51,234 nt of DNA from an uncultured beta proteobacterium (GCA_903924955.1 CAIYDK010000137.1:1-51234), one strand, 5' to 3'; shown: positions 29,394-39,869, numbered from the stretch's first letter. Notes: generated by a model from the sequence alone, not told the origin. Program-made: numbers and translations.

Positions 29394-32300
29394 TTAGACA
29401 CGTTTGCCCAGTCGCCCGAACCACTGACCGACATCGTCCACATAGGTGAAAACTGCCGGAATCACCAACAGACTTAGCAGGGTAGAGGTCATCAATCCGC
29501 CAATCACTGCAATGGCCATAGGTGCGCGAAAACTGGTGTCCGCCGCACCAAAGCCAATCGCGATCGGCAGCATGCCCGCAGCCATGGCCAGCGTGGTCAT
29601 GATGATGGGTCGCGCACGTTTGTGACACGCATCCAGCAGGGCCTCAAAACGGCTCAGGCCATGTTCGCGCCGGGCCAGAATGGCGTATTCCACCAGCAAA
29701 ATAGAGTTTTTGGTGGCCACCCCCATCAGCATGATCAGGCCGATCAGCGAGGGCATTGAAAAGCTCTTGTCGGCCAGCAGCAAGCCCACAAAGGCCCCGC
29801 CCAGCGAGAGGGGCAGTGCGGTCAGAATGGTGACCGGGTGCAGAAAACTCTTGAACAACAGAACCAGCACAATGTAGATGCACAAGACGCCGGTCAGCAT
29901 GGCCAGGCCAAAGCTGGCGAACAGTTCACCCATTACCTCGGCGTCACCCACTTCCACGACCTTTACGCCGGGCGGCAGGTTTTTGATGGCGCCCAGATTC
30001 TGCACGGCGGCTGTGACGTCGCCCAACGGCATGCCAGACAGTTCCACTTCAAATGTGATGTTTCGCGAGCGGTCGTAGCGGTCAATGACGGCAGGGCCTC
30101 CGGCCACTTCGAGCGTGGCAACCTGGCTCAGCATGACCGGACCTTTGACCCCTGGCACTGTCAGGCGTCCCAGCAGGTCCAGATCGGTTCGGGCTGCGGT
30201 GTCGAGCATGACCACAATGGGAATCTGGCGCTGGCTCAGATTCAGCTTGGGCAACGCAGCGTCGTAGTCGCCGACGGTTGCGATGCGCAACGTGTCGCCA
30301 ATGGCAGCGCTGGTGACGCCCATGTCGGCTGCGCGGGCAAAGTCGGGTCGCACCGCAATTTCGGGTCGCACCAGACTGGCGCTAGATGCCACATTGCCCA
30401 GGCCGGCAATGGTCCGTATGTCTTTCTCCACGGCCAGCGCGGCGCCCTGCAGGGTGGCCGCATCTTCGCCGGTGAGCACCAGAATGTATTTCTCGCCAGA
30501 CGCACCCAGGCCGACCTTGCTGCGCACACCGGGCAGTGGCTCCAATGCGGTGCGGATCTGCTTTTCGATGGGCTGCTTGAGTGGGCGAGTGCCCCGGTCG
30601 TCCAGCAGAATGGTCAGTGTGGCCTTGCGGGTCTCGGATGCGCCCTGTGGTGCAAACGGATCAGCGCCCGCAGTGCCGCCACCGATAGTGGTGTAGACGC
30701 TCTTGACGTGGGGTACACCGGCAATCAGTTGGCGCGCAGCTTCGGCCGTGGCCTTGGTCTGGGTGAGCGTGGTGCCGGGAGGCAGTTCCAGGTAGACCTG
30801 GGTTTGTGAGTTGTCGTCGGGTGGAATAAAGCCTTTGGGTAACAGCGGAATCAGCATCAGTGAGCCGATGAAAAATGCGCCCGCCGCCAGGATCGTGACG
30901 AACCGGTGCCGCACGCACCAGTTGGCCCAGCGCATATAGATCGCCATCCAGCGCGGCTGCTCATGGGCCTTGTCGATGGGCTTGAGGATGTAGGCCGACA
31001 TCATGGGTGTGAGCACCCGCGCCACTAACAGCGATGCTGCCACGGCCAGCGCCGCGGTCCAGCCAAATTGTTTGAAAAACTTGCCGGCAATGCCGCTCAT
31101 GAAAGCGGTGGGCAGAAACACGGCAATCAGTGTGAAGGTGGTGGCGATAACAGCCAGCCCGATTTCATCGGCCGCTTCCATGGCCGCCTGGTACGGCGAC
31201 TTGCCCATGCGTAAATGGCGCACGATGTTTTCCACTTCCACAATGGCATCGTCCACCAGAATGCCGATCACCAGTGAGAGCGCCAGCAGGGTGATGACAT
31301 TGACCGAGAAACCCAGGTAGTGCATGCCGATGAAGGCAGGAATGGCTGACAACGGCAACGCAACGGCAGAGACAAACGTGGCGCGCCAGTCGCGCAAAAA
31401 AAGCCACACCTCGAGCACCGCCAGCGCCGCGCCCTCATACAACAGGTGCATGGAGCCGTTGTATTCCTCTTCTACCGGCAGCACAAAGTTAAAGGCTTCA
31501 GTGAGTTCAATATCGGGGTGCTGTAACCGAATCTCTGCCAAGGCCTTTTGTACGGCTGCGCCCACCTCAACTTCGCTGGAGCCCTTGCTGCGGGCCACTT
31601 CAAAGCCCACCACCGGCTTGCCGTTGAGCAGGGCTGCCGAGCGTGGCTCTGCAATGGTGTCGCGAATGGCGGCGAGTTGCTCCAGGCGAATGCGCCGACC
31701 ATCGCTCAGCGCCATCTCCAGGCTGCCGAGTTCGCTGGCCGAATGTACCGAGGCCAGTGTGCGCACCGGTTGCTCACTGCCCCCCACGTCGGCACGGCCA
31801 CCGGCCACGTCCTGCTGCACCTGGCGCAACTGGCGAGAAATGTCCGACGCTGTGGCGCCCAGCGCTTGCAAGCGTGCGGGGTCCAGTGCCACCTGCACTT
31901 GCCGGTCAGCGCCACCCACCCGGCTCACTGCCCCCACACCGCGCACGGACAGCAGGCGCTTGGTGATGGTGTTGTCGACAAACCAGCTGAGCGCTTCATC
32001 GTCCATCTGGGTCGAACCCACGGTGAAGGCCAGTACGGGCTGGCCCGACAGGTTCAGCTTGTTGACAATCGGGTCACGCACATCGGACGGCAAATCGCCA
32101 CGTATGCGCGACACGGCTGAGCGCACATCGTCCAGTGCCTCCTGGCCCGACTTTTCCAGTCGGAACTCGGCTGTGACGGTGACGCCGCCATCCTGAACCT
32201 TGGTGTAGATGTGCTTGAGGCCTTCCAGCGTAGCAATGCTGTTTTCCAATTTACGGGCCACTTCGGTTTCCATCTGCGCAGGCGCTGCGCCAGGAAGGGA

Positions 32301-32447
32301 CGCCACCACCACGATGGTGGGCAGATCCAGGTCGGGGAACTGCTGTACCTTCATGGCGTTGAAGGAGACGATGCCGGCAAACGTCAGCATCACAAACAGC
32401 ATCACCCCGGCAATCGGGTTCTTGATCGACCACGCGGAAACATTCAT
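29394..32447 (-). CDS. RND efflux transporter permease (AcrB/AcrD/AcrF family)
   Basis: GILVDDAIVEVENI, KNSILLVE and RARPIIMTT; 1017 aa. Confidence 0.95.
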   Translation of the reverse strand: MNVSAWSIKNPIAGVMLFVMLTFAGIVSFNAMKVQQFPDLDLPTIVVVASLPGAAPAQMETEVARKLENSIATLEGLKHIYTKVQDGGVTVTAEFRLEKSGQEALDDVRSAVSRIRGDLPSDVRDPIVNKLNLSGQPVLAFTVGSTQMDDEALSWFVDNTITKRLLSVRGVGAVSRVGGADRQVQVALDPARLQALGATASDISRQLRQVQQDVAGGRADVGGSEQPVRTLASVHSASELGSLEMALSDGRRIRLEQLAAIRDTIAEPRSAALLNGKPVVGFEVARSKGSSEVEVGAAVQKALAEIRLQHPDIELTEAFNFVLPVEEEYNGSMHLLYEGAALAVLEVWLFLRDWRATFVSAVALPLSAIPAFIGMHYLGFSVNVITLLALSLVIGILVDDAIVEVENIVRHLRMGKSPYQAAMEAADEIGLAVIATTFTLIAVFLPTAFMSGIAGKFFKQFGWTAALAVAASLLVARVLTPMMSAYILKPIDKAHEQPRWMAIYMRWANWCVRHRFVTILAAGAFFIGSLMLIPLLPKGFIPPDDNSQTQVYLELPPGTTLTQTKATAEAARQLIAGVPHVKSVYTTIGGGTAGADPFAPQGASETRKATLTILLDDRGTRPLKQPIEKQIRTALEPLPGVRSKVGLGASGEKYILVLTGEDAATLQGAALAVEKDIRTIAGLGNVASSASLVRPEIAVRPDFARAADMGVTSAAIGDTLRIATVGDYDAALPKLNLSQRQIPIVVMLDTAARTDLDLLGRLTVPGVKGPVMLSQVATLEVAGGPAVIDRYDRSRNITFEVELSGMPLGDVTAAVQNLGAIKNLPPGVKVVEVGDAEVMGELFASFGLAMLTGVLCIYIVLVLLFKSFLHPVTILTALPLSLGGAFVGLLLADKSFSMPSLIGLIMLMGVATKNSILLVEYAILARREHGLSRFEALLDACHKRARPIIMTTLAMAAGMLPIAIGFGAADTSFRAPMAIAVIGGLMTSTLLSLLVIPAVFTYVDDVGQWFGRLGKRV

Positions 32448-32453
32448 GTCGGT

Positions 32454-32496
32454 CGCTCCTTATTTTGTAGCGGCTGACGCACGTTTCACGGGGGCT
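32454..32496 (+). repeat. Dispersed 43-bp motif, copy C (antisense in the 3' end of the RND adaptor gene)
   Basis: CGCTCC TTATTTT GTAGCG GCTGA CGC ACGTTTC ACGGGGGCT. Confidence 0.8.
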
Positions 32497-33635
32497 GTAG
32501 CCTTGTTTTGTTCAGAATTCGCTTGGATGGCGTTGTTTACGCGAACGGTGTCACCGTCATTCAGGAAGCCCGCACCGATAACGGCAACGGTGGTATCAGA
32601 TGCCAGGCCCTGCAAGATTTCGACCTGCTCACCGATGCGCCGCCCCACCTCGACCCTTTGCTGGCGGATGCGGTTGTCAGTCGCTACCTTAAACACATAG
32701 TTGAACCCGTCGCGCGCCACTACGGCCTGCTGGGGCACTGTTAGCGCATCGGTGGCGCCCAATTCGAACTCTCCACGCGCAAACATACCGGCTTTGACGG
32801 TTGATGCTGTTGCGGGTGCTGTGGGCAAGTCGACGTAGACGAGTGCATTTCGGCTCACCGGGTCGACGGTGGGTGCCACCATGCGCACCTTGCCCTTGAG
32901 TTGGGTTCCACTGGACACCGTCAGGGCAACTGGGGTTCCCGGTTTTATACCGGCCAATTCAGTTGCGATGACCTCGCCGCGCCACTCCAGGCGCGACTGG
33001 CGAATCAGGCGAAACAGCTCGGTGCCAGCGCCCACCACCGCGCCGACTGTTGCGGTACGGACAGAAATGACGCCGCTGTCGGGTGCCAGCACCTGCGTGT
33101 TCTTGAGGCGAATTTGTTGCACCGCCATCATGGCGCGGGCACTTTCCAGTCGGGCTTGTGCGGTTTGCTCCCCGGTTAGCAGTAGACTGATTTGCTGCTG
33201 GCTCATCATGCCGTTGGCCTGGAAAGCTCGGGCGCGCTCGGCATTTGCCGCTGCGTCTGCCGCCTGGGCCTGGGCTTCGGCTACAACGGCCCTGGCCTGC
33301 GCCACGTCGGCGGCCACGCTCTCGCTGGCAAACACCGCCAACACCTGACCCCGCTGCACGATGTCACCCACACTGGCACGCACTTCTGCCAGGCGAAGCC
33401 CGTTGACTTCTGCGCCTACGCTGGCTTCTTGCCAGGCGGCTATGTTGCCGTTGGCTGCCAGTCGCACGGGAAGGTTGTTGCGGTCAGGGCGCGCGGTGGT
33501 GACGGTCAGCGACGCTTTGGGTGCGCTGGCTGCTGTGGATGGGTTCGCTGCCGGTTGCTGTGCGACAGCAGATGGGGTAACAGCAATGCACATCACCGAA
33601 GCGATAGCAGCAGACAATGAATGGCTCAATTTCAT
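32460..33635 (-). CDS. RND efflux periplasmic adaptor (MFP)
   Basis: VGDIVQRGQVLA, coiled coil, VLAPDSGVI and GMFARG. Alternative TTG start at 33650. Confidence 0.92.
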   Translation of the reverse strand: MKLSHSLSAAIASVMCIAVTPSAVAQQPAANPSTAASAPKASLTVTTARPDRNNLPVRLAANGNIAAWQEASVGAEVNGLRLAEVRASVGDIVQRGQVLAVFASESVAADVAQARAVVAEAQAQAADAAANAERARAFQANGMMSQQQISLLLTGEQTAQARLESARAMMAVQQIRLKNTQVLAPDSGVISVRTATVGAVVGAGTELFRLIRQSRLEWRGEVIATELAGIKPGTPVALTVSSGTQLKGKVRMVAPTVDPVSRNALVYVDLPTAPATASTVKAGMFARGEFELGATDALTVPQQAVVARDGFNYVFKVATDNRIRQQRVEVGRRIGEQVEILQGLASDTTVAVIGAGFLNDGDTVRVNNAIQANSEQNKATAPVKRASAATK

Positions 33636-33646
33636 GGGCTTGTGAC

Positions 33647-34201
33647 TCAATAGGTAAGCAGTTTGTGGACCAGATCGGCGGCGGTGGCTGCCTTGTACTT
33701 ACGCATCAGGCGGGCTCGGTAGATTTCGACCGTGCGGTGGCTGATTGTCAGGGTTTTTCCGATCTGCTTGGAAGTCAGTCCTTGCATCAGGTGGGCAGCC
33801 ACTTCCCGCTCACGCGGCGTGAGTTCGGCTTTGACCGGGCGGCGTGCACTCAGGTCTTCAAAGCACCAGATGCCTGCTTCGTGCGGAGCCTCGCGGTTGA
33901 GCGCGCGCCCTGTGACGTGGCACCAGAAGGCTTCGCCCTTGAGGCGTCCATCCATGCGGCGCATGATGCGATCGTCCGCGTAGGTGCCACTGCGGTTCAG
34001 TATGGGGGTAATGCGTGCGCCGGTGCGCTCGAACTCGTCGGCACTGGGGTAAAGCACCTGAAATGATTGCCCCGTGAGTTGCTCGCGCGTTGTGCCAAAC
34101 ATCTCGCACAATCGCTGGTTGCAGTCCACGATGGTGCGGTTGCGTGAAAGGGCCAGGCCCACCGGGGCCATGTCAAACGCGAGGCGGTAGTTGATGTCCA
34201 T
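33647..34201 (-). CDS. PAS domain + LuxR-type HTH regulator
   Basis: AFDMAPVG...CNQRLCEMFG PAS domain; LTPREREVA...GLTSKQIG..L.ISHRTVEIYR HTH. Confidence 0.9.
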   Translation of the reverse strand: MDINYRLAFDMAPVGLALSRNRTIVDCNQRLCEMFGTTREQLTGQSFQVLYPSADEFERTGARITPILNRSGTYADDRIMRRMDGRLKGEAFWCHVTGRALNREAPHEAGIWCFEDLSARRPVKAELTPREREVAAHLMQGLTSKQIGKTLTISHRTVEIYRARLMRKYKAATAADLVHKLLTY

Positions 34202-34213
34202 AGGGTTGCGCTT

Positions 34214-34229
34214 TACGGAAAACTACGTA
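34214..34229. promoter_or_regulatory. Candidate operator between PAS-LuxR and scoA
   Basis: TACGGA-AAAC-TACGTA imperfect palindrome in the 80-bp divergent gap. Confidence 0.4.
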
Positions 34230-34281
34230 TATAGATAGGTAGTATCGTACGGCAATTGAATCTTCACAGGAGACAGGTGCA

Positions 34282-34989
34282 ATGAACAAAATATATCCCA
34301 GCGCGGCAGCCGCGCTTGACGGCATTGTCAAAGACGGCCAGTTGCTGGCGGTGGGTGGCTTTGGTTTGTGCGGTATTCCCGAGGCGTTGATCGACGCACT
34401 GCGGGACACCGGCGTAAAAGACCTCACGGTCATTTCCAACAACGCAGGCGTAGACGGCTTTGGCTTGGGCAAACTGCTGGAGACGCGCCAGATCAAGAAA
34501 ATGATTTCGTCATACGTTGGCGAGAACAAGGAGTTCGAGCGCCAGTACCTTGCAGGCGAACTGCAGCTCGAATTTACGCCGCAAGGCACTCTGGCCGAGA
34601 AACTGCGTGCCGGTGGCGCGGGCATTCCCGCTTTCTTCACCAAGACCGGCGTAGGCACCATCGTGGCCGAGGGCAAGGAATTGCGCGAATTTGATGGCGA
34701 AACCTACGTGATGGAGCACGCCCTGGTGCCCGAAGTGGCATTGGTCAAGGCCCATCGCGCTGACAAGTCGGGCAACTTGCAGTTCCGCCTGACGGCGCGC
34801 AACTTCAACCCCGCTGCAGCCATGGCCGGCAAGATCTGTGTCGTGGAAGTGGAAGAGGTTGTGGAGACCGGTGACATGGTTCCCGACCAGGTGCACCTGC
34901 CTGGCATTTATGTGCACCGGATCGTGCACAACCCCAACCCCGAGAAGCGAATCGAGAAGCGGACTATTACACCGAAAGAGGGAGTTTGA
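34282..34989 (+). CDS. scoA: 3-oxoacid CoA-transferase subunit A
   Basis: [22 protein letters not shown] and [19 protein letters not shown]. Confidence 0.93.
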   Translation: MNKIYPSAAAALDGIVKDGQLLAVGGFGLCGIPEALIDALRDTGVKDLTVISNNAGVDGFGLGKLLETRQIKKMISSYVGENKEFERQYLAGELQLEFTPQGTLAEKLRAGGAGIPAFFTKTGVGTIVAEGKELREFDGETYVMEHALVPEVALVKAHRADKSGNLQFRLTARNFNPAAAMAGKICVVEVEEVVETGDMVPDQVHLPGIYVHRIVHNPNPEKRIEKRTITPKEGV

Positions 34990-34991
34990 TC

Positions 34992-35630
34992 ATGTCGTGG
35001 AATCAAGACCAAATGGCGGCGCGTGCTGCACAAGAACTGGAAGATGGTTTTTACGTAAACCTGGGTATTGGCATCCCCACTCTGGTTGCCAACTTTGTGC
35101 CCGCCAACAAAGAGGTGTGGTTGCAGAGCGAGAACGGCATGCTCGGCATTGGCCCGTTCCCTACGGAAGATGAAGTCGATGCCGACCTGATCAATGCCGG
35201 CAAGCAGACTGTGACGACGCAAAAGGGCTCGTCCATCTTCGGCAGCCACGACAGCTTTGCCATGATCCGTGGTGGCAAGATTAACTTGTCGATTCTGGGT
35301 GCCATGCAGGTGAGCGAGCAGGGCGACCTGGCTAACTGGATGATTCCTGGCAAGATGGTCAAAGGCATGGGCGGTGCCATGGACTTGGTGGCGGGCGTCA
35401 AGCGCGTCATTGTGCTGATGGAACATGTGGCCAAGAAGAAAGACGGCACGATTGACCTGAAAATCTTGCCTAAGTGCACCCTGCCCTTGACCGGCATGGG
35501 CGTGGTGGATCGCATCATTACGGATCTGGCAGTCATGGATGTGACTCCATTGGGCCTTAAATTGGTGGAGTTGGCCCCGAACGTGACCCGTGAAGACGTG
35601 CAGGCAAAGACAGGCGTGAAATTACTGTAA
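34992..35630 (+). CDS. scoB: 3-oxoacid CoA-transferase subunit B
   Basis: VNLGIGIPT, active-site SENG and [10 protein letters not shown]. Confidence 0.93.
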   Translation: MSWNQDQMAARAAQELEDGFYVNLGIGIPTLVANFVPANKEVWLQSENGMLGIGPFPTEDEVDADLINAGKQTVTTQKGSSIFGSHDSFAMIRGGKINLSILGAMQVSEQGDLANWMIPGKMVKGMGGAMDLVAGVKRVIVLMEHVAKKKDGTIDLKILPKCTLPLTGMGVVDRIITDLAVMDVTPLGLKLVELAPNVTREDVQAKTGVKLL

Positions 35631-35683
35631 TTGGTGCACTGCACCACCGGGTAAGATATCGCGAATTACTACCCGGGGGTTTC

Positions 35684-36178
35684 ATGTCCAGAGCGCTCAA
35701 ATTCCTGATGTTCTTCTACTTCGTGGTGTTTCTCACCACGGGGGCGTTCATGGTTCTCATCGTGAATGCAGACGAGAGCTCAGCACCCTGGATTGCCTTG
35801 CTTGCGCGCAATCACGGCATCGTATTTGTCTGGCATCTGGCCTGCTGGATGACCATGGGCATGTTTTCCAACTACTACTGGGATCTGTTCAACATGGGCA
35901 GGGGACTCGACTCCGTGCAGGTGGAGCGCATCGTGCTTCCCCTGCTGGTGTCGCCCATCGTGTTTTACCCGACGTACAACCTGTGGCTCTCCAGCAGTTC
36001 ACAGAGCTACATTCTTTTTGAAGTGATCGCCTTCCAGAGTGGTTTTTTCTGGCAAGCGCTATTCACCAAGGCCAAGCCGTTGGACCAGGCAGCCGTTATT
36101 CCCTGGACGGTGAATAACGGAGGGGCCCGCAACGCACAACCGAAGGCGGCCAGCAACGGCCCGTCGGCGGTGGGCTGA
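35684..36178 (+). CDS. Hypothetical membrane protein
   Basis: 164 aa, about 4 hydrophobic segments, coding-like codon usage. Confidence 0.7.
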   Translation: MSRALKFLMFFYFVVFLTTGAFMVLIVNADESSAPWIALLARNHGIVFVWHLACWMTMGMFSNYYWDLFNMGRGLDSVQVERIVLPLLVSPIVFYPTYNLWLSSSSQSYILFEVIAFQSGFFWQALFTKAKPLDQAAVIPWTVNNGGARNAQPKAASNGPSAVG

Positions 36179-36203
36179 AAGAGACAGGGTTATCCAGCGC
36201 GTT

Positions 36204-37172
36204 CTATCGCGGTAGTTCGTAGTCAAATTTTTCTACCTTGCCACGCCAGTAGGGCATACGGCCCGTTGTGTGTAACCAAGCCACTTCCGCCTCATGTGGC
36301 ACCAGCATGCCACTTTGCATTTGGTAGTCGGATAAACGCACCTCCCACGGCGTAGGCAACATTACCCCATCTACCAACGCACTGCGTTCGGTGCTGCGGA
36401 TGCGCTCCACCAAGTCCTGCGCATTAAATGTGAACTGCAGCATGACTGTCAGTGGGCCATCAGTCAAAGTTGCCTGGGCCGTTTGATCATTCACGGGCGT
36501 CCACCGTACGCCCTGACTGGGCAATAGCGCGGTCGGGTACCAAACGCCCTCGGCAAAAAAACGAATCAGCTCCCCACGTGCAATGTCATGTGTGCTCTCG
36601 CTGCCGTTGCTGCCAAAATCAAACAGCCCGAACGCGGAGGCCTGCACGCTGCCAACGCCTGCCACGTACGCATCGACCACACGCACCGTGATGCCGGGCG
36701 ACATGGTGATGGAGGCATCCCACACGAAGCCCGGCCGATTGGTGGATACGCGTTGCCGTGCGGTGAAGGGCTCCCATTGCTCGTCTATGAAGCTGCGGTT
36801 AAATCTGCCGGTTTGCTCCAGGTAAAGCCTGCGTACGATGGGCTGGTTCAGGTTGAGCACTTTCGCGAAATAGCGTTGCACCACGGGTGGAAGGGTTGCC
36901 AGTTCGGCATCGTTGTATCGCTCCGGGCGCGCCTTGATGGGTTGAGTTGAGGCTTCCAGTCCCTCCATGCGCCTATGGGTGTCCCATGACCAGCGGGAGT
37001 TTCCCCACAGACCCACTGTAAGCGCCAGGGCTATCAGGATGAATGCGATGACCTTGGCCCACTTCAGCACCACGATTAGTTTGTTTGGACGACTCGGTGC
37101 GTAGCTGGGGACGACATAGTCGGACAGGGTGGCGGTTGATGGGTCGTCAGGATGCTTGGGCTTGGGATTCAT
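36204..37172 (-). CDS. Membrane-anchored protein, DUF6544/DUF6920-like
   Basis: One TM segment, LPPVVQRYF, PGFVWDA, GELIRFFAEGVWYPTALLP and PHEAEVAW. Confidence 0.75.
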   Translation of the reverse strand: MNPKPKHPDDPSTATLSDYVVPSYAPSRPNKLIVVLKWAKVIAFILIALALTVGLWGNSRWSWDTHRRMEGLEASTQPIKARPERYNDAELATLPPVVQRYFAKVLNLNQPIVRRLYLEQTGRFNRSFIDEQWEPFTARQRVSTNRPGFVWDASITMSPGITVRVVDAYVAGVGSVQASAFGLFDFGSNGSESTHDIARGELIRFFAEGVWYPTALLPSQGVRWTPVNDQTAQATLTDGPLTVMLQFTFNAQDLVERIRSTERSALVDGVMLPTPWEVRLSDYQMQSGMLVPHEAEVAWLHTTGRMPYWRGKVEKFDYELPR

Positions 37173-37305
37173 GGGTATTGGGTATCGGCAGCTTGGTTTA
37201 CATGGGTTGGTGGGGCGATCGAACTTACGTTGAGGTTGGGCTATTATTTCGTGCTACCGATCGATGCGGTTAACGCCTGGCGGCTGAAATTTAGGAATAT
37301 TTGGC

Positions 37306-38271
37306 ATGAATCAAGGCTATCCGAGATTGTTGGGGGATATTGGCGGGACCAACGCCCGTTGGGCGTGGCAGGAGTCTGCCGATGCCGGATTGGAGGATAT
37401 TTCGGTTCAGCCATGCGCGGCGAGCGCGTCCATACAGGAATCCGCCGCCAACTACCTGTTGGCCCACGGTCGCAAGAATCCTGTTTGGGCTGGTATTGGC
37501 ATTGCAACGGCCATCACCGGCGATGAGGTGCGCCTGACCAATGGTACGTGGCATTTTTCGATTGCAGCGTTTCAAAGGGCCTTCGCACTGGAGCGTTGCC
37601 TGGTCATTAATGACTTTACCGCGCTGGCCATGAGTTTGCCGGCACTGATCCCTGCTGATCTTCGTGCCTTGGGTGGCGGTGCCGCAGTGGCAGGCGCTCC
37701 CATTGCTTTGTTGGGCCCTGGCACTGGTCTTGGTGTATCCGGCCTAGTGCCCGATGGAAAGGGTCGATACAGCGCCTTGAGCGGCGAGGGGGGGCACGTG
37801 ACGTTGGCTGCCAGCAATGACATGGAAGCCAGTATCTTGGCCGTACTGCGCAAAAGGTTCGATCATGTCAGTGCAGAGCGCGTGTTGTCGGGGGCGGGTC
37901 TTGTCACTATCTTTCAGACACTCTGCAAGCTGGAAGGTCGACCTGCGCATGATTTAATGCCCTCTGAAGTGGCCGACGCTGCAATGGCCGGGGCTGATGC
38001 TCAGTGTGTCCAGGCGGTTTACTACTTCTCGCGTTTTTTGGGAAACGTCGCCGGTAATCTAGCGCTAACTTTGGGGTCGCTGGGTGGTGTCTATATCGGT
38101 GGGGGCGTTGTACCGCGTCTTGGAGCTGCGTTTGACGCAATGGTGTTCAGGGAGTGTTTTGAGAGTAAAGGTCGCTATCGCCAGATGCTCTCAACGGTGC
38201 CGGTTTGGGTCATCACTGCGTCCACGCCCGCTTTAGTGGGGGTTAGCCGGGCGCTCGATACACTGCCTTGA
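37306..38271 (+). CDS. glk: Glucokinase
   Basis: GDIGGTNAR, INDFTA, GPGTGLG, GEGGH, SAERVLSGAGL and F..KGR. Confidence 0.95.
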   Translation: MNQGYPRLLGDIGGTNARWAWQESADAGLEDISVQPCAASASIQESAANYLLAHGRKNPVWAGIGIATAITGDEVRLTNGTWHFSIAAFQRAFALERCLVINDFTALAMSLPALIPADLRALGGGAAVAGAPIALLGPGTGLGVSGLVPDGKGRYSALSGEGGHVTLAASNDMEASILAVLRKRFDHVSAERVLSGAGLVTIFQTLCKLEGRPAHDLMPSEVADAAMAGADAQCVQAVYYFSRFLGNVAGNLALTLGSLGGVYIGGGVVPRLGAAFDAMVFRECFESKGRYRQMLSTVPVWVITASTPALVGVSRALDTLP

Positions 38272-38331
38272 CTGGATGATTTTTTTCCTCCAACCCGGTC
38301 CCAGCCTCAGTTCAATTGACACAATACTGAC

Positions 38332-39840
38332 ATGAAGTTTCCACGCAATAGCGGCGTACTGCTGCACCCCACGTCCTTGCCCGGCCCCTACGGGAGTGGT
38401 GATCTTGGGACTGCGGCCTACCATTTTGTGGATTGGCTGCAAACGGCGGGCCAGAAGCTTTGGCAGATTCTGCCGCTTGGCGGTATTGGCCCCGGCAACT
38501 CGCCCTACATGAGCAGCTCTGCATTTGCCGGCAACGTTTTGCTAATCGACATGGACGATTTGCGCCAGCACGCATGGCTGACAGCTGAAGATTTGACGTC
38601 GGACGTCGGCTTTGAGACACAGCGCCAAAACTTTGCCGCCGTGTGGCCCTGGCGCATGGAGCGCCTGGCGCGCGCGGCGCAGGCCTTCACGCAAGACGCA
38701 AATCCCCAGGACCTGGCGGAATTTGCCGCCTTCTGTGAAGCCCACACTGCCTGGCTTGATAACTACGCACTCTTCATGTCGCTGGCCGAGTGTTTTCAAT
38801 GGAAAGATTGGTGCGAGTGGGAGGGGGGCTTGGCTCAGCGCACGCCAGTCGCCATGGAGAAAGCCCGGGCGCAGCACGCTCAGCGCATTGCGTTCTGGAA
38901 GTTTTGTCAATGGCGCTTTTTCACGCAGTGGCTCAAACTGCGCGCCTATGCCAATCAACGCGGCATCAAGATCATTGGCGATGCACCTATTTTCATTGCG
39001 TACCAAAGTGCCGAAGTCTGGGCGCGGCAAGATCTTTTTGACCTCAATGCGGATGGGCTCCCACGCGTGGTGGCCGGTGTGCCGCCCGACTACTTTAGCG
39101 AAACCGGTCAGCGCTGGGGCAATCCCATGTACCTTTGGCCTGCACATGCCCAAGAGGGCTACGCATGGTGGATTGAACGCATCAAACGCACGTTTGAGCT
39201 GGTGGACATTGTGCGCATCGATCACTTCCGTGGTTTTGCCAATTATTGGGAAGTGCCTGCCAGTGAACCCACCGCCATGAAAGGGCAGTGGTTGCCTGGT
39301 CCGGGTGCGCCGTTGTTTGATGCCATCTATGCGGCCTTGGGGCCGCTGGCCATCATTGCTGAAGACCTTGGCGAGATCACTCCTGACGTGGAAGCCCTGC
39401 GCCGTGAGTTTGCCTTCCCAGGGATGCGGATTTTGCAGTTCGCCTTTGGCGGTGACAGCACCAATAATTTTTTGCCGCACCGCCACCAGAATGACACCGT
39501 GGTCTACACCGGAACACACGACAACGATACGACCCGGGGCTGGTGGAAAGCCGCGTCCGAGAAGGAGCGCCAGTATCTGTGTGACTACCTGGCGGTTGAT
39601 GGCAGCGACGTCCATTGGGACCTGATTCGTGCGTCTTGCGCAAGCGTGGCCGACACCGCTATCCACCCCATGCAGGATATTTTGGGCCTGGAGACCGAGC
39701 ACCGCATGAACTTCCCTGGCAAGTGCGAGGGCTACTGGGAATGGCGCTTTGATTGGTCGCAAGTGCTGCCTGAGCACGCCAGTCGCCTGGCCCATCTGTG
39801 TAGGGTCTATGGGCGTGACGGAGGCAATGATCCTCAGTAG
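38332..39840 (+). CDS. malQ: 4-alpha-glucanotransferase (amylomaltase, GH77)
   Basis: GVLLHPTSLP, VAGVPPDYFSETGQRWGNP, RIDHFRGF, AEDLG and YTGTHDNDT. Confidence 0.96.
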   Translation: MKFPRNSGVLLHPTSLPGPYGSGDLGTAAYHFVDWLQTAGQKLWQILPLGGIGPGNSPYMSSSAFAGNVLLIDMDDLRQHAWLTAEDLTSDVGFETQRQNFAAVWPWRMERLARAAQAFTQDANPQDLAEFAAFCEAHTAWLDNYALFMSLAECFQWKDWCEWEGGLAQRTPVAMEKARAQHAQRIAFWKFCQWRFFTQWLKLRAYANQRGIKIIGDAPIFIAYQSAEVWARQDLFDLNADGLPRVVAGVPPDYFSETGQRWGNPMYLWPAHAQEGYAWWIERIKRTFELVDIVRIDHFRGFANYWEVPASEPTAMKGQWLPGPGAPLFDAIYAALGPLAIIAEDLGEITPDVEALRREFAFPGMRILQFAFGGDSTNNFLPHRHQNDTVVYTGTHDNDTTRGWWKAASEKERQYLCDYLAVDGSDVHWDLIRASCASVADTAIHPMQDILGLETEHRMNFPGKCEGYWEWRFDWSQVLPEHASRLAHLCRVYGRDGGNDPQ

Positions 39841-39869
39841 GGACAATCAACAATGCATAGAGTTTTAGA

